The notes under the pieces: generated by a model
The model's input: the letters and a program-made list of their open reading frames with translations, nothing else
The model's database searches: none
What the model was told of the DNA's origin: nothing
Position numbers and translations under genes: made by a program
Source of the DNA: Candidatus Saccharimonadota bacterium
GTDB lineage: Bacteria; Bacillota_I; Bacilli_A; Mycoplasmatales; Hepatoplasmataceae
Length of the DNA stretch: 32,000 bases
Assembly (NCBI RefSeq): GCF_000582535.1
Contig: NZ_CP006932.1
Location: forward strand, 30,001-62,000
Reading direction: 5' to 3'
In this document: one piece after another, positions 1 to 10,365 of the stretch
How positions within the stretch are numbered: position 1 is the stretch's first letter
Layout: every line of letters starts with the position of its first letter

Positions 1-426
1 TTTACAATTGCTGTAAATAGAAGAGTTCGTAGCAATAATAATAATAATCAACAACAGCAGACAGATTTTATTGATTGTAAAGCATGAAGAGGAACAGCGG
101 AAACAATGAGCAATTATTTACATAAAGGTTCACTTATTGCAATTGAAGGAAGATTAGAAGTTTTTAATTCACAATTAGAAAATGGACAATATAATCGTAG
201 AGTTAGTGTTGTTGTTGATCAATTTAGTTTCTTAGAATCTAAAGGGGCAAGAACATTAGAATTAGAAACAAATGATTATAATCAAACTCCAAATAATAAT
301 GAAAATTTTTCAGAAGATAATAATAATTTTTCAGATTCAAAAGAAAATATAAATTTTGCTTCTGAAAGTAAATTAAAAGAAAGTGATGATTTTGATGAAA
401 TCAATTTTGATGAAATCAATTTCTAA
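1..426 (+). CDS. ssb: single-stranded DNA-binding protein, 5' end outside window
   Basis: Frame 1 is open from nt 1 when TGA=Trp. It reads ...DCKAWRGTAETMSNYLHKGSLIAIEGRLEV, an OB-fold SSB signature. The tail is acidic with a hydrophobic tip, DDFDEINFDEINF. rpsR lies immediately downstream, the conserved rpsF-ssb-rpsR order. Confidence 0.9.
391..420 (+). repeat. exact 15-bp tandem duplication (tttgatgaaatcaat x2) encoding FDEIN-FDEIN at the SSB C-terminal tip
   Basis: Nt 391-405 and 406-420 are identical, read directly from the sequence. Confidence 0.9.
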
Positions 427-442
427 ATAAAGAGAGGTTATA

Positions 443-703
443 ATGCCAAGAACAGCAAAAGGTCGCAGAAAACCAATTAAAAAACAATATAAAGTAATTC
501 GTAAAAAATGTTTATTTACACAACAAAATATCGAATATATTGATTATAAAGATATAGAAGTTTTAAAAAAATTTATTTCGTCTGTAAATGGAAAAATTTT
601 GCCTAGAAGGATTACAGGGACTTCAGCAAAATATCAAAGAAAATTAGCAAAAGCTATTAAGCAATCACGTGAAGTTGGATTATTACCATTTGTTGCAAAA
701 TAA
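443..703 (+). CDS. rpsR: 30S ribosomal protein S18
   Basis: 86-aa ORF with ...[49 protein letters not shown], a typical S18 sequence. A GAGAGG RBS lies upstream. Confidence 0.95.
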   Translation: MPRTAKGRRKPIKKQYKVIRKKCLFTQQNIEYIDYKDIEVLKKFISSVNGKILPRRITGTSAKYQRKLAKAIKQSREVGLLPFVAK

Positions 704-740
704 ATAAAATTAATTTAAAAGGGAATTTAAAATTTATATT

Positions 741-2711
741 ATGAAAAAGCAAAAGTATTTAGAATGATTAAATATCATTGGTTTAGTTTTAATCTTAATT
801 CTAGTAATTATAATGATAGCTTTACAGGATTATATAGTTATTCTATTATCAATTGCTTTTTTAATTTTATTTATTTTTTTTATTGTTGACATAATTTATT
901 ATTTTTATACTGGATTTATCAATGAACAAAAAATCAGTAAATTAATTCCAGATATTGAAAGTCAAATTGAAAGAAATTTTAAATATGGTTATTTAATATA
1001 TGATGAAAATGATCGAATAATTTTTATTAGTAATTATTTATCTCTAGTGGGTTTTAATCGTTTATTAGGAAAAAGAATTACTGATTTAAAATTAAATGAA
1101 AAACAACAAGCAAAATCAGAATTTTTATTTGATAATAAAAATTACGAAACAATTAAATTAATTAAAAAAAGAATAATTCTTTTTAGAGATATTTCGGAAA
1201 TATCAGCATATCGCGAGCAAATTAATAGTAATTGAATTTCTGTATTTTATATTGATAAATATTATGATCAGAAAATGGCAGAAGATGAATTAAAAAGAAT
1301 TTCAATTGATGTTAAAATTAATTCCTTTTTAAGAGAATGAATTTTGAAGAATAGAGGAATTTTTAAAATTGAAGGAGCAAATGATAAAAATGTACTTTTA
1401 ATTTCCAAATGAAAATATTTACATGAAGATATTTTAAATGAAAAACTTTTAAATGATCTTATTAAAATTATGAATGAAGAAGAACGAAAAAATGTTTCAA
1501 TTTCAATTGGTTGTTCTTATGGTAATTTTGAATTAAATAAATTATCAGAAAGAGCAAAAAAATCTTTAGAACTTTCAAAAATGCGTGGAGGTAATCAAAT
1601 TACAATTTTCCATGCAGATAATCGTTTGGAAAATGTCGGTGAAAAATCAACAAATGTAACTGAACAAAATATTCGAAATCTAACAATATTTGCTGAAAAT
1701 TTAAACAATAATTTAAATAAATATTCTAATTTTATTATTATTTCCCACGATAATGCTGATATTGATGCTGTTGTTTCTTCAATTGCAATTGCAAGATATA
1801 TAAATCATTTTTCAATTAAAGCAGAAATTTTAATTTATAATTTTGATAATTCTGCAAGTAAATTATTTGCTAATCTTTCAGAAAATTTAAAAAGATTATT
1901 TATTGATCCAAGAGAACTTAAAAATCGTTTAAATAATAAAACAGGAATTTTTATTATGGATGTTTCAAATACAGTTTTAATTAAAGAATGAAATGAAATT
2001 AATAGTAAAGTTGTAAGCGAAAATATTTTCTTAATTGATCATCATACGATTAATGAAAAAAATATCAATTTAATTGGAAAAAATAGTTATGTTGATATAT
2101 CTTCATCTTCTACTTCTGAAATTATTGCGAATATTTTTAATATTAATCCAAAATTTAGAAATTTAATTACAAAAGAAGAAGCAGATTTATTAATTTCAGG
2201 AATATATACTGATTCAAAAAATTTTACAAGAAATATTAGTCCTTCTACTTGTGATGTTTTATCCTATCTTACTCATGCTGGAGGAGAAATTGATAAAGCT
2301 GTTGATATTTCAAAAAATGATCTTGAATATATTGAATTGCTAATTGAATTATTTAATTCTATTAGCAAACCAATTACAACAAATATTTTGTTAGGTGTTA
2401 TGCCTAAAGAACAAGTCCTAAATGATATTATTGTTTCAAAATTAGCAGATGAATTACTCAATTATAATAATATTGATGCTTCATTTGTATTTGCAAAAAT
2501 TAGTAATAATAAATACAAATTATCAGCAAGATCTAATAATAATATAAATGTTCAAAAAATTTGTGAATCTTTAGGTGGTGGTGGCCATCATAATATTTCT
2601 GCTGTTACATTTGAATTAAAAGATAATCAATATGATAAAATTTTAAGTAAAATTAAAAATTTAATAAAAAGATATGAACATAAAATTGATAATATCTTAG
2701 AAAATAAATAA
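741..2711 (+). CDS. gdpP: GdpP-like membrane DHH/DHHA1 phosphodiesterase (probable c-di-AMP phosphodiesterase)
   Basis: Four track fragments in one frame are joined through TGA codons, giving 656 aa. The N-terminus has 2 TM helices, followed by a PAS-like segment and a degenerate GGDEF-like segment (MRGGNQ). DHH motifs are present (ISHDNADIDAV, LIDHHT), and the DHHA1 motif is GGGGHHNISA. Confidence 0.8.
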
Positions 2712-2739
2712 TTTTTTAAATAAAATTATTATTACAAAT

Positions 2740-4089
2740 ATGCAGACAGATGATACTAATTATTATAAGGATAATGAAATATATTCAAAAGAGACTGAAA
2801 AAGCAATTTTAGGACTTTTGATATCTAATCCAACATTACTTGCAAAATGTTCAGGAAAATTAAAAATTGAACATTTTTTTAATTATGATTATCGTTTAGT
2901 ATATCAAACTTTATTGGATAATTTTGAAAATAAATTAAAAATAGATTCGACACTTTTAATTGATTTACTTAGTAAAAGTAAATCAGGAAAAAATACTAAT
3001 TATTGAAAACAATTGATTTTTGATATTTTATTTGATAAAGGAATTGAATCTAATCTTTCAGAATATATTCAAACAATTCAAGACAAAAAACAATTAAGAG
3101 ATTTAAATCTAACTTTAAAAGAATCAATTAAAAATATTTATGAAAATCAAAATAATCCACAATTTGTAATTGAAAAAATTGAAGGAGATATTTTTTCAAT
3201 TACAAAAGATAGAGAATTAAAAGATTTTGTAAATATTAATGATCTTACAAATACTTATCTTGATAAATTAGAAAAAATTAAGAAGAGTGGTTATCAAGAA
3301 GGAATAAGAGTTAAATTAAATCAATTTGATAATTTGCTAGGTGGATTTAAAAAAAGTGAATTTATTGTTCTTGCAGGTAGACCATCAATGGGGAAAACAG
3401 CAGTTGCTTTACAATTTATTTTTAATATTTCAAATACAAAAAAAGTAGCTTTATTTTCACTTGAAATGCCTTCGGAATCAATTATTCAAAGGTTTATCTC
3501 AAATGATTCAATGGTAAGTCAAGATGAATTAAGAAATTATGATAATTTAAATCAAAATAAATTATTAAGAATTGATAATTCAATTTCAACTTTAAAAAAG
3601 AAATTAATTTGAATAGATGATAAAGCAGGAATGAAAATAGGAGAACTTATTTGAAAAATTCGTAAATTACATTCTGAAGCTCAATTAGATATTGTTTTTA
3701 TTGATTATCTTCAATTAATTGAATCAGAAAATATAAGATATGAATCAAGGCAAGAATCAATTTCTAATATTTCAAGAATTATTAAAAGTTTAGCAAGAGA
3801 ATTAAATATTCCAATTGTTGCTCTAAGTCAACTTTCAAGAAAAGTTGAGACAAGAGAAGAGAAAAGACCGATGATGTCTGATCTTCGAGAATCAGGAGCA
3901 ATTGAACAAGATGCTGATGTTGTTTTGCTTTTATATAGGCCAAAGTATTATAATAATAAAGATGATGATTTTAAAAACAGTATTGTAGAAGAATTAGAAA
4001 TAATTATTGCTAAAAATCGTAACGGTAAAACCGGAATTGCTAATTTAGATATTAATATGGAAATTGGAAAAATAACCTCATCGAACTAA
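2740..4089 (+). CDS. dnaB: replicative DNA helicase DnaB
   Basis: Three same-frame fragments are joined through TGA, giving 449 aa. Walker A is GRPSMGKTA. Also present are ...IDYLQLI..., SRIIKSLARELNIPIVALSQLSR and SDLRESGAIEQDADVV. Confidence 0.93.
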
Positions 4090-4107
4090 ATAATAGGAAG
4101 AATAATA

Positions 4108-4338
4108 ATGGCATTTGCATTTAAGATAATTTTATTAATAATTTCAATAGTTTTATTAGTCCTTCTATATTTACAATCAGGAAAAGTAAAAAATGTTGGA
4201 TCTTCAATAATTGGAACAAAAGATGTTGAACTTTTTGAAAATATTAAACACCGTGGAAGCGATCGTGTTTTACATATCATTACAGTCACTCTTATAATTT
4301 TATTTGTTGCAATTTCCTTTGCTTTACTTTTTATTTAA
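4108..4338 (+). CDS. secG: preprotein translocase subunit SecG (small 2-TM protein)
   Basis: 76 aa with two TM helices flanking YLQSGKVKNVGSSIIG, which resembles the SecG loop. The position upstream of rnr-smpB-ssrA matches the Firmicutes secG-rnr-smpB synteny. Confidence 0.65.
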   Translation: MAFAFKIILLIISIVLLVLLYLQSGKVKNVGSSIIGTKDVELFENIKHRGSDRVLHIITVTLIILFVAISFALLFI

Positions 4339-4344
4339 CAAATA

Positions 4345-6431
4345 ATGAAAAATGAAATAGAAAAATTGTTGAAAGAAAATACCAACGGAATTAGCTTTAA
4401 ACAATTAAAAAATCAATTAAATCTTAATAAACAAAACGATGGATATAAGTTAAATCAATGATTAAATGAACTTATAAAAGAAGAAAAAATTTTTTATCGT
4501 AAAAAAACAGAATTATATTATATTAAAGATCAAAAAAGTGTAATTGGTACTTTTCGTACTACATTTAAAGACTTTGGTTTCGTAGAAGATGAAGAAGGAT
4601 CTATTTTTATTCCAGCAAGATTTGTTCTTAATGCATTAGAAGGTGATACTGTAAAAGTAGTTTTATTTTCTGATCTTAATAATCCTAAGAAAACTGATGA
4701 TAACAGAAGAGCAGGAAAAATTGTTCGTGTTATTAAAAGAAACGGTGGAAATATTGTTGGAAGAATAAAAAAAAAAACAATAAGTTAGAATTTGTTCCTG
4801 ATGATATTGATCCTAAATATGAATATCAAATTGTAGATAATAATAATCTAAAAGAAGGACAAATTGTAATTGTTACTTTTAAAGATTTTGCTGATCGAAA
4901 AATTTATGTTACTCTTAAAAAAATTTTAGGAGATGAAAAAGATCCTAGTCTTGATTATTTATTAATAAAATATAAAAATAATCTAAAAGAAGAATTTTCT
5001 GAAAAAATAATAAATGAATTAAATAATAAGGATTTTTCAAAAGAAAAAAATCAAGAAAAGCGCATAGATTTAAAAGATCGTTTAATAGTTACAATTGATG
5101 GGGAAGAATCAAAAGATTTAGATGATGCAATTGATTTTAAGATTATAAATGATAATTTATATCATTTAGGGGTTCATATTGCTGATGTTTCTCATTATGT
5201 GAAAACAGATAGTGAGTTAGATTTTGAAGCTTATGATCGTGGTAATTCGATTTATCTTATTGATAAAGTATTTCCGATGCTACCTAAAAAATTATCAAAT
5301 GATCTTTGTTCTTTAAACCCTAAAGAAGAAAAATTAACAATATCATGTGATATGAAAATTAATAGTGAGGGTAAAATTTTAGAATCTAAAATTTATCCCA
5401 GTATTATTAAATCTTCTTATAGGTTAACTTATAATGAAGTAGATAAACTTTTAAATAATGAGATTCCTTTACTTTTTAATGATAAAAATTTATCCAAAAT
5501 GCTAATAGATGCAAATAAAATTGCAAATAAAATGCGTAAATATAAATTGCAAAATGGGATGATTGATTATCAATTAAAAGAAGTAAAAATTAAATTAGAT
5601 CAAAACGGAAATCCAATTTCTATTTATGAAAAAATTCAAACACCATCAGAGGCCTTAATTGAAGACTTTATGGTTGCTGCAAATGAGTCGGTTGCTAAAT
5701 GATTTTCAGATCATAAATTACCGACCATTTTTCGCGTACATGCAAAACCAAAATATGAAAACTTAGAACCTTTTTATAATATTTTAAAATTATTTAAATT
5801 TGAATTTAATTTTAAAAATTTAAATTCCAGAAATTTTCAGAATTTTTTAGAAAAATATAAAAATAATCAAAATATTGAAATAATTAAAAAAATAATGATT
5901 CAAGCAATGGAAAAAGCAATTTATCTTGAAAGAAATGATGGACATTATGCTTTGGGATTAAAAAATTATCTTCATTTTACTTCACCAATTAGAAGATATC
6001 CTGATCTTTATGTTCATAGATTATTAAGACTATTTTTATTTCAAAATAAAAAAGATATTGATAAAAAAGATCTATTAAATAAACTTCATGAAATTGCTAA
6101 TCATTGCTCATTAAAAGAAAAAGAAGCAATGGTAAGTGAAAGAAAATTGGCAGATATTAAAAAAGTTCGTTTTCTTGCTAATAAAGAAGGAGAAAAAATT
6201 ATTGGGACAATTGTTAATTTTTCAAATTTTGGTATTTTTGTTGAATTAGAAAATAATACACAAGGAATGATAAGATTAGATAATTTAAAATTAAGTGCAA
6301 AAAATTACGAATATGATGAAAAGAAATTTTTACTTAAAGTAGATGAAAAAAAATATCAAATTGGTGATCAAGTGTCTGTTAAAATAATTTCATTAGATAC
6401 AATAAGAGGATTAATTGAATTAGCATTATAA
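4345..6431 (+). CDS. rnr: ribonuclease R (VacB), reading frame interrupted by a 1-nt deficit in an A11 tract at 4767-4777
   Basis: The N-terminal part (4345-4785, frame 1) encodes a winged-helix plus cold-shock-like region, GTFRTTFKDFGFVEDEEGSIFIP, and ends at TAG 4786. The rest (frame 3, readable from about 4779) carries RNB motifs (TIDGEESKDLDDAI, GVHIADVSHYV, YALGLKNYLHFTSPIRRYPDL) and a C-terminal S1 domain. The total is 2087 nt, which is 3n-1. Confidence 0.85.
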
Positions 6432-6438
6432 TTTTATT

Positions 6439-6885
6439 ATGAAAATAATTACAATAAACAAAAGAGCAAAACGAGATTATATTTTATTTAAAAAATATAT
6501 TGCAGGAATTTCCTTATTGGGAGGAGAAGTAAAATCAATTCGCGCAGGTAAAGTTGATATTACAGGCTCTTTTGTAACTTTTGATTATAAGAATAATTTA
6601 GTAGTTCATGGGATGAATATCGAACAATATAAATATCAGACACAAGATCATTTTGATAGTTTAAGAACAAAGCAGCTTCTTTTAAATAAACAAGAAATTA
6701 GGAAAATAAATGATAAAATTAAATTGGAACGATTAACTGTTGTTCCAACAAAATTATTTATAAATGATAATAGCTTAATAAAATTAGAAATTTCTCTTGC
6801 AAAAGGTCGTAATAAAAAAGATATGCGAGAATATTTAAAAGAGAAAGAATTTAAAAAAAGTAAAAAATCATATATCAATATTTAA
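6439..6885 (+). CDS. smpB: SsrA-binding protein SmpB
   Basis: 148 aa reading NKRAKRDY...GISLLGGEVKSIR.GK..I..SFV. It lies directly upstream of the tmRNA. Confidence 0.93.
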   Translation: MKIITINKRAKRDYILFKKYIAGISLLGGEVKSIRAGKVDITGSFVTFDYKNNLVVHGMNIEQYKYQTQDHFDSLRTKQLLLNKQEIRKINDKIKLERLTVVPTKLFINDNSLIKLEISLAKGRNKKDMREYLKEKEFKKSKKSYINI

Positions 6886-6890
6886 TTTTT

Positions 6891-7234
6891 GGGGGTGCAG
6901 TGGATTTGACAGTTAAGGATAAGCTTAAAGGGCAGTGGTCTAGTAAACCATAATACTATTTAAAGATAATCGGAAACGATGATTCTGCTGTTGATTTTGC
7001 TTTAATGCAAGAACAAAATTTTCAAAATTCAAACTTTGCATTAGCATAATAAATTAACACTTTAACTATTTTTTTTCGCTTGGAATTTAGTTAGAGAGGC
7101 TTACAAGCGAGTGTAGAATTATTTAAGTAGTGAGTTAAACTTACTTTGTTTGCTAATTTTTTAAATTAGATAAACTGTAGATCTTTAAGTATTTTTTTAA
7201 TTGGACTCGGGTTCGATTCCCGACACCTCCACCA
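6891..7234 (+). ncRNA. ssrA: tmRNA (SsrA)
   Basis: The 5' end GGGGGTGCAGTGGATTTGACAG pairs with the 3' end CACCTCC-ACCA, giving a 7-bp acceptor stem with a G3:U70 pair. A T-arm GGGTTCGATTCCC is present. The internal tag ORF reads GGA AAC GAT ... TTT GCA TTA GCA TAA TAA (6972-7052), encoding GNDDSAVDFALMQEQNFQNSNFALA. Confidence 0.9.
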
Positions 7235-7240
7235 TCTAAA

Positions 7241-9019
7241 ATGAATTTAGCAATAATTCCATTTATTTTTCTTAATCTCTTTTCAATAGTTGTTATTTTT
7301 GTAATTTATTTTTCGCTAAAAGAATATTCAAGAATAAAAAATAATCAATTTTCTCCGCTTTCACTAGCGATAATATTTTTATTTTTATTTCCCATTATTT
7401 TTATTTTTGAATATTTTTTTTCTTTTTATAATAATCTTTATTATTTGAGTTTAGTTCCTATTTTAATAATTTTCTTTTCTTTTTATTTTGACAATCGTTT
7501 TTCCTATCTCATTTTTGCAATTTTTCTTTTTTCTTGAATATTTAAAGTAATGAATTTAGAAGAAGATGGTAGTTTTAATCCCGTTTATCTTTTACCTCTT
7601 ATTGCAAATTTATCATTAATTTTGATTATTAATCTAAAAGAAATTTCAATATTTAGTAATTTTAAAAATCATTTTTTTGCTTTAAGTATTATCTTTATTT
7701 ATATTTTCATATTATTTTTATTTTCTATTTTTTTCTTTTTTATTTTAGATTTAAATGATTTTTATGATAATCCTCCTTTAGATTTTTTTATATTACTTTT
7801 ATCTGAAGTTATCTATTATTATTTTTTCTATATTACAATATTTTTTGTAATTATAAGTTTAGATGCCATTTATAATAATTTTTTTAAACTTGAAAGTTTT
7901 GCTGATCAAAACGAAGTTTCTTATTTTAAAATAACTTTAGCACAAGATTATTTAAGAGATTATATTTCTAAAAATAATTATAAATATGGTTTTTTAATTT
8001 TATTTAATATTGATAATAAATTTCTTGTAGAAAATAATGATATTAATTTTATTTTAGAATATTTAAAATTAAAAATTGAAAAAAATTATCAAGATTCATT
8101 TTTTTTAAAAATTAATAGTAATTATTATTCTGTTTTTATCCCTTTCAAAAGAGAGGAAATTGATCTTGAATTAATTCATAAAAATAGTGAAAAAAATAAT
8201 CATAAAGGTGACTTTTTTGAAAAATTAGAAAAAATTCTTAGAACAGTAAAGATAAATAATAAAAATGCTAGTGCAGTAGTTTCAACTTATGGATTAGATT
8301 CTTGTGATTTTAATCAATTAATATATGATGCATCATATCTTTTAAATTCTGCAATTAAACAAAAAAATATAACTTTAAATCTTTATGATTTTCGTAAAAT
8401 AAAAGATCGATTATCACGTAACAATAAGATAAGTTATTTAATTGAAACAATTAAAAATTATGATCTTACTTACATTAGATCAAATACAAAGCAAAAAATT
8501 TATTATCCTTTAATTTATCTATCAACAGAGGAAAGCAATAAGAAAATAAATTTATATGATTGAATTAATACAAAAAAATTCACAAAAAAAGAAAAAATAA
8601 TTATTGAAAGATATTTTGCAAATATAATATTAAAGAATTTTCAAAATTATAATTTTGATAAATTAATTTTAAATTATTCATTTAATTATTTAATTAGTAA
8701 TGATTTTGACAGAAATGAATTTTTAAATAATCTAAAAAAGGAAATAGAATTAGAAAAAGTTGTAATTGGTGTATTTGTAGAAGATAAATTTCGTGATCCT
8801 AATAAATTTATTAAATTAAAACATTATTTTAAAGAATTAGGAATTGAATTTGCTCTTTTAGATCTTGAAAATATTAATGAGGATTTTTATAAAATTTTAA
8901 AACCTGATTGATTTAAATATTATAAAGAACATAATATTTGAGAGATACTTAATTTTAAAAATAAATTAAGTGAAGATAAACTTAAAAAATATAAAATCAA
9001 GGATAATCTTTTAAATTAA
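7241..9019 (+). CDS. polytopic membrane protein with degenerate GGDEF-like and EAL-like cytoplasmic regions
   Basis: Fragments 7241-7537, 7550-8563 and the following stretch share one frame and are joined via TGA, giving 592 aa. The N-terminal roughly 230 aa are very hydrophobic. The middle region YGFLILFNIDNKF...FLKINSNYYSVFIPF fits a GGDEF scaffold with GGDEF replaced by NSNYY. The C-terminal region YYPLI...INLYDW...VVIGVFVED...FALLDLEN...KPDWFKY fits an EAL scaffold that lacks the catalytic Glu. Confidence 0.55.
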
Positions 9020-9049
9020 AGATTATAATATTGTTAAATTAAATTTGCG

Positions 9050-9634
9050 ATGGAAACTGAATTTTGAATACTAGCTGTATTAATCATTATTTTTACAACT
9101 ATCCCCTGATTAATTTTTTATTTTCAAAACTCTTCTTTTTTGAAAAGAAAAATTAAACATCAAACAAATGAAGAAGAAAAGATTAATGTAATACAATCAA
9201 TTGATCTTGCTGTAGAATCATTAATTGCTGATAAAAAGGGTGCTACGATAGTTCTTGATGATTATGATGATGTTGAAAAATATGTTGCTGATTTTGAGTA
9301 TCTTGATGCCTATGTATCCTCATCACTTATTATCAACATTTTTGAAGGAACACACACACCTTTACATGATGGTGCTTTAATAATAAATAATAACCGAATA
9401 AAAAGTGCAGCTGCCTATATTTCGCGATTATCAAGTCAGAAATTACCTAAAAAGTTTGGTACAAGACATCGTTCAGCTTTAGGTTTAAGTGAAGCAACAA
9501 ATGCAATAATTATTGTTTTATCAGAAGAAACGCAAAATATTCATTTTTTTTATCATGGTGATTATGAAAAAATTGAAAGAAAAGAATTTTTTGAAAAGAT
9601 TTATAAAATTTGAATAGAACAGAAAGAAGTTTAA
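9050..9634 (+). CDS. cdaA: diadenylate cyclase (DAC/DisA_N domain) with a single N-terminal TM helix
   Basis: ATG 9050 is in frame with track ORF 9140-9613 through TGA codons. The TM helix is WILAVLIIIFTTIPWLIFYF. DAC motifs present are HDGALII (DGA) and GTRHRSALG (RHR). Confidence 0.85.
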
Positions 9635-9635
9635 A

Positions 9636-10355
9636 ATGACAGCACATAATGAAGCTAAAAAGGAAGATATTGCAAAAATTGTTTTGATGGCAGGAGATCC
9701 ATTGAGAGCTAGTTTTTTTGCAAAAAAATATTTAAAAAATTATAAATTAGTTAATTCATTAAGAGGAATGCTTACTTTTACAGGATATATAAATGATCTA
9801 AAAGTTACAGTAATGGGTCATGGAATGGGAATGGAATCAATTGGTATTTACGCTTATGAACTTTATAAATTTTATGATGTAGATATTATTATTAGATTTG
9901 GTTCATGTGGTGGTTATATTAAAGAATTAAATTTATTTGATTTAATTATTGCGGAAAAAGCTTATAGTGAATCAAATTATGGATTAGGATTTAATAATGA
10001 AATTAATGATACAATGGAAGCTTCACGTGATCTTGTTGAAAAAGCAATTTTAGCTAGTCAAAAATTAAAATTTATGCAAAAAACAAAAATTGGTAAAATT
10101 CATTCTTCATTATGATTTTATACAGAAGGTTTTAAAACACAAATTAAAGATTATGTAGATAAAAAGATAATAGCAGTTGAAATGGAATCCTATGCTCTTT
10201 ATTTAATTGCAAAAACCCTTAATAAAAAAGCTCTTACTATTCTTACTGTTTCGGATAATTTAATTACAAAAAAAGAAATAAAGGGAATTGAAAGACAAAA
10301 AGGATTTATAGATATGTTTGAACTTTTAAAAGAAATAGTAACTAATTTAAATTAG
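9636..10355 (+). CDS. deoD: purine nucleoside phosphorylase, DeoD type
   Basis: VLMAGDPLRA...GHGMGMESIGIYAYEL...RFGSCGG...VEMESYALY. The track ORF is extended through TGA 10113-10115 to TAG 10353-10355. Confidence 0.9.
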
Positions 10356-10365
10356 ATTTTATATT

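Noticed and set aside
2712-2739. A missing rplI as evidence of gene loss.
   Set aside because: Only the local absence between gdpP and dnaB can be stated. L9 may be encoded elsewhere in the genome, so no loss claim is made.
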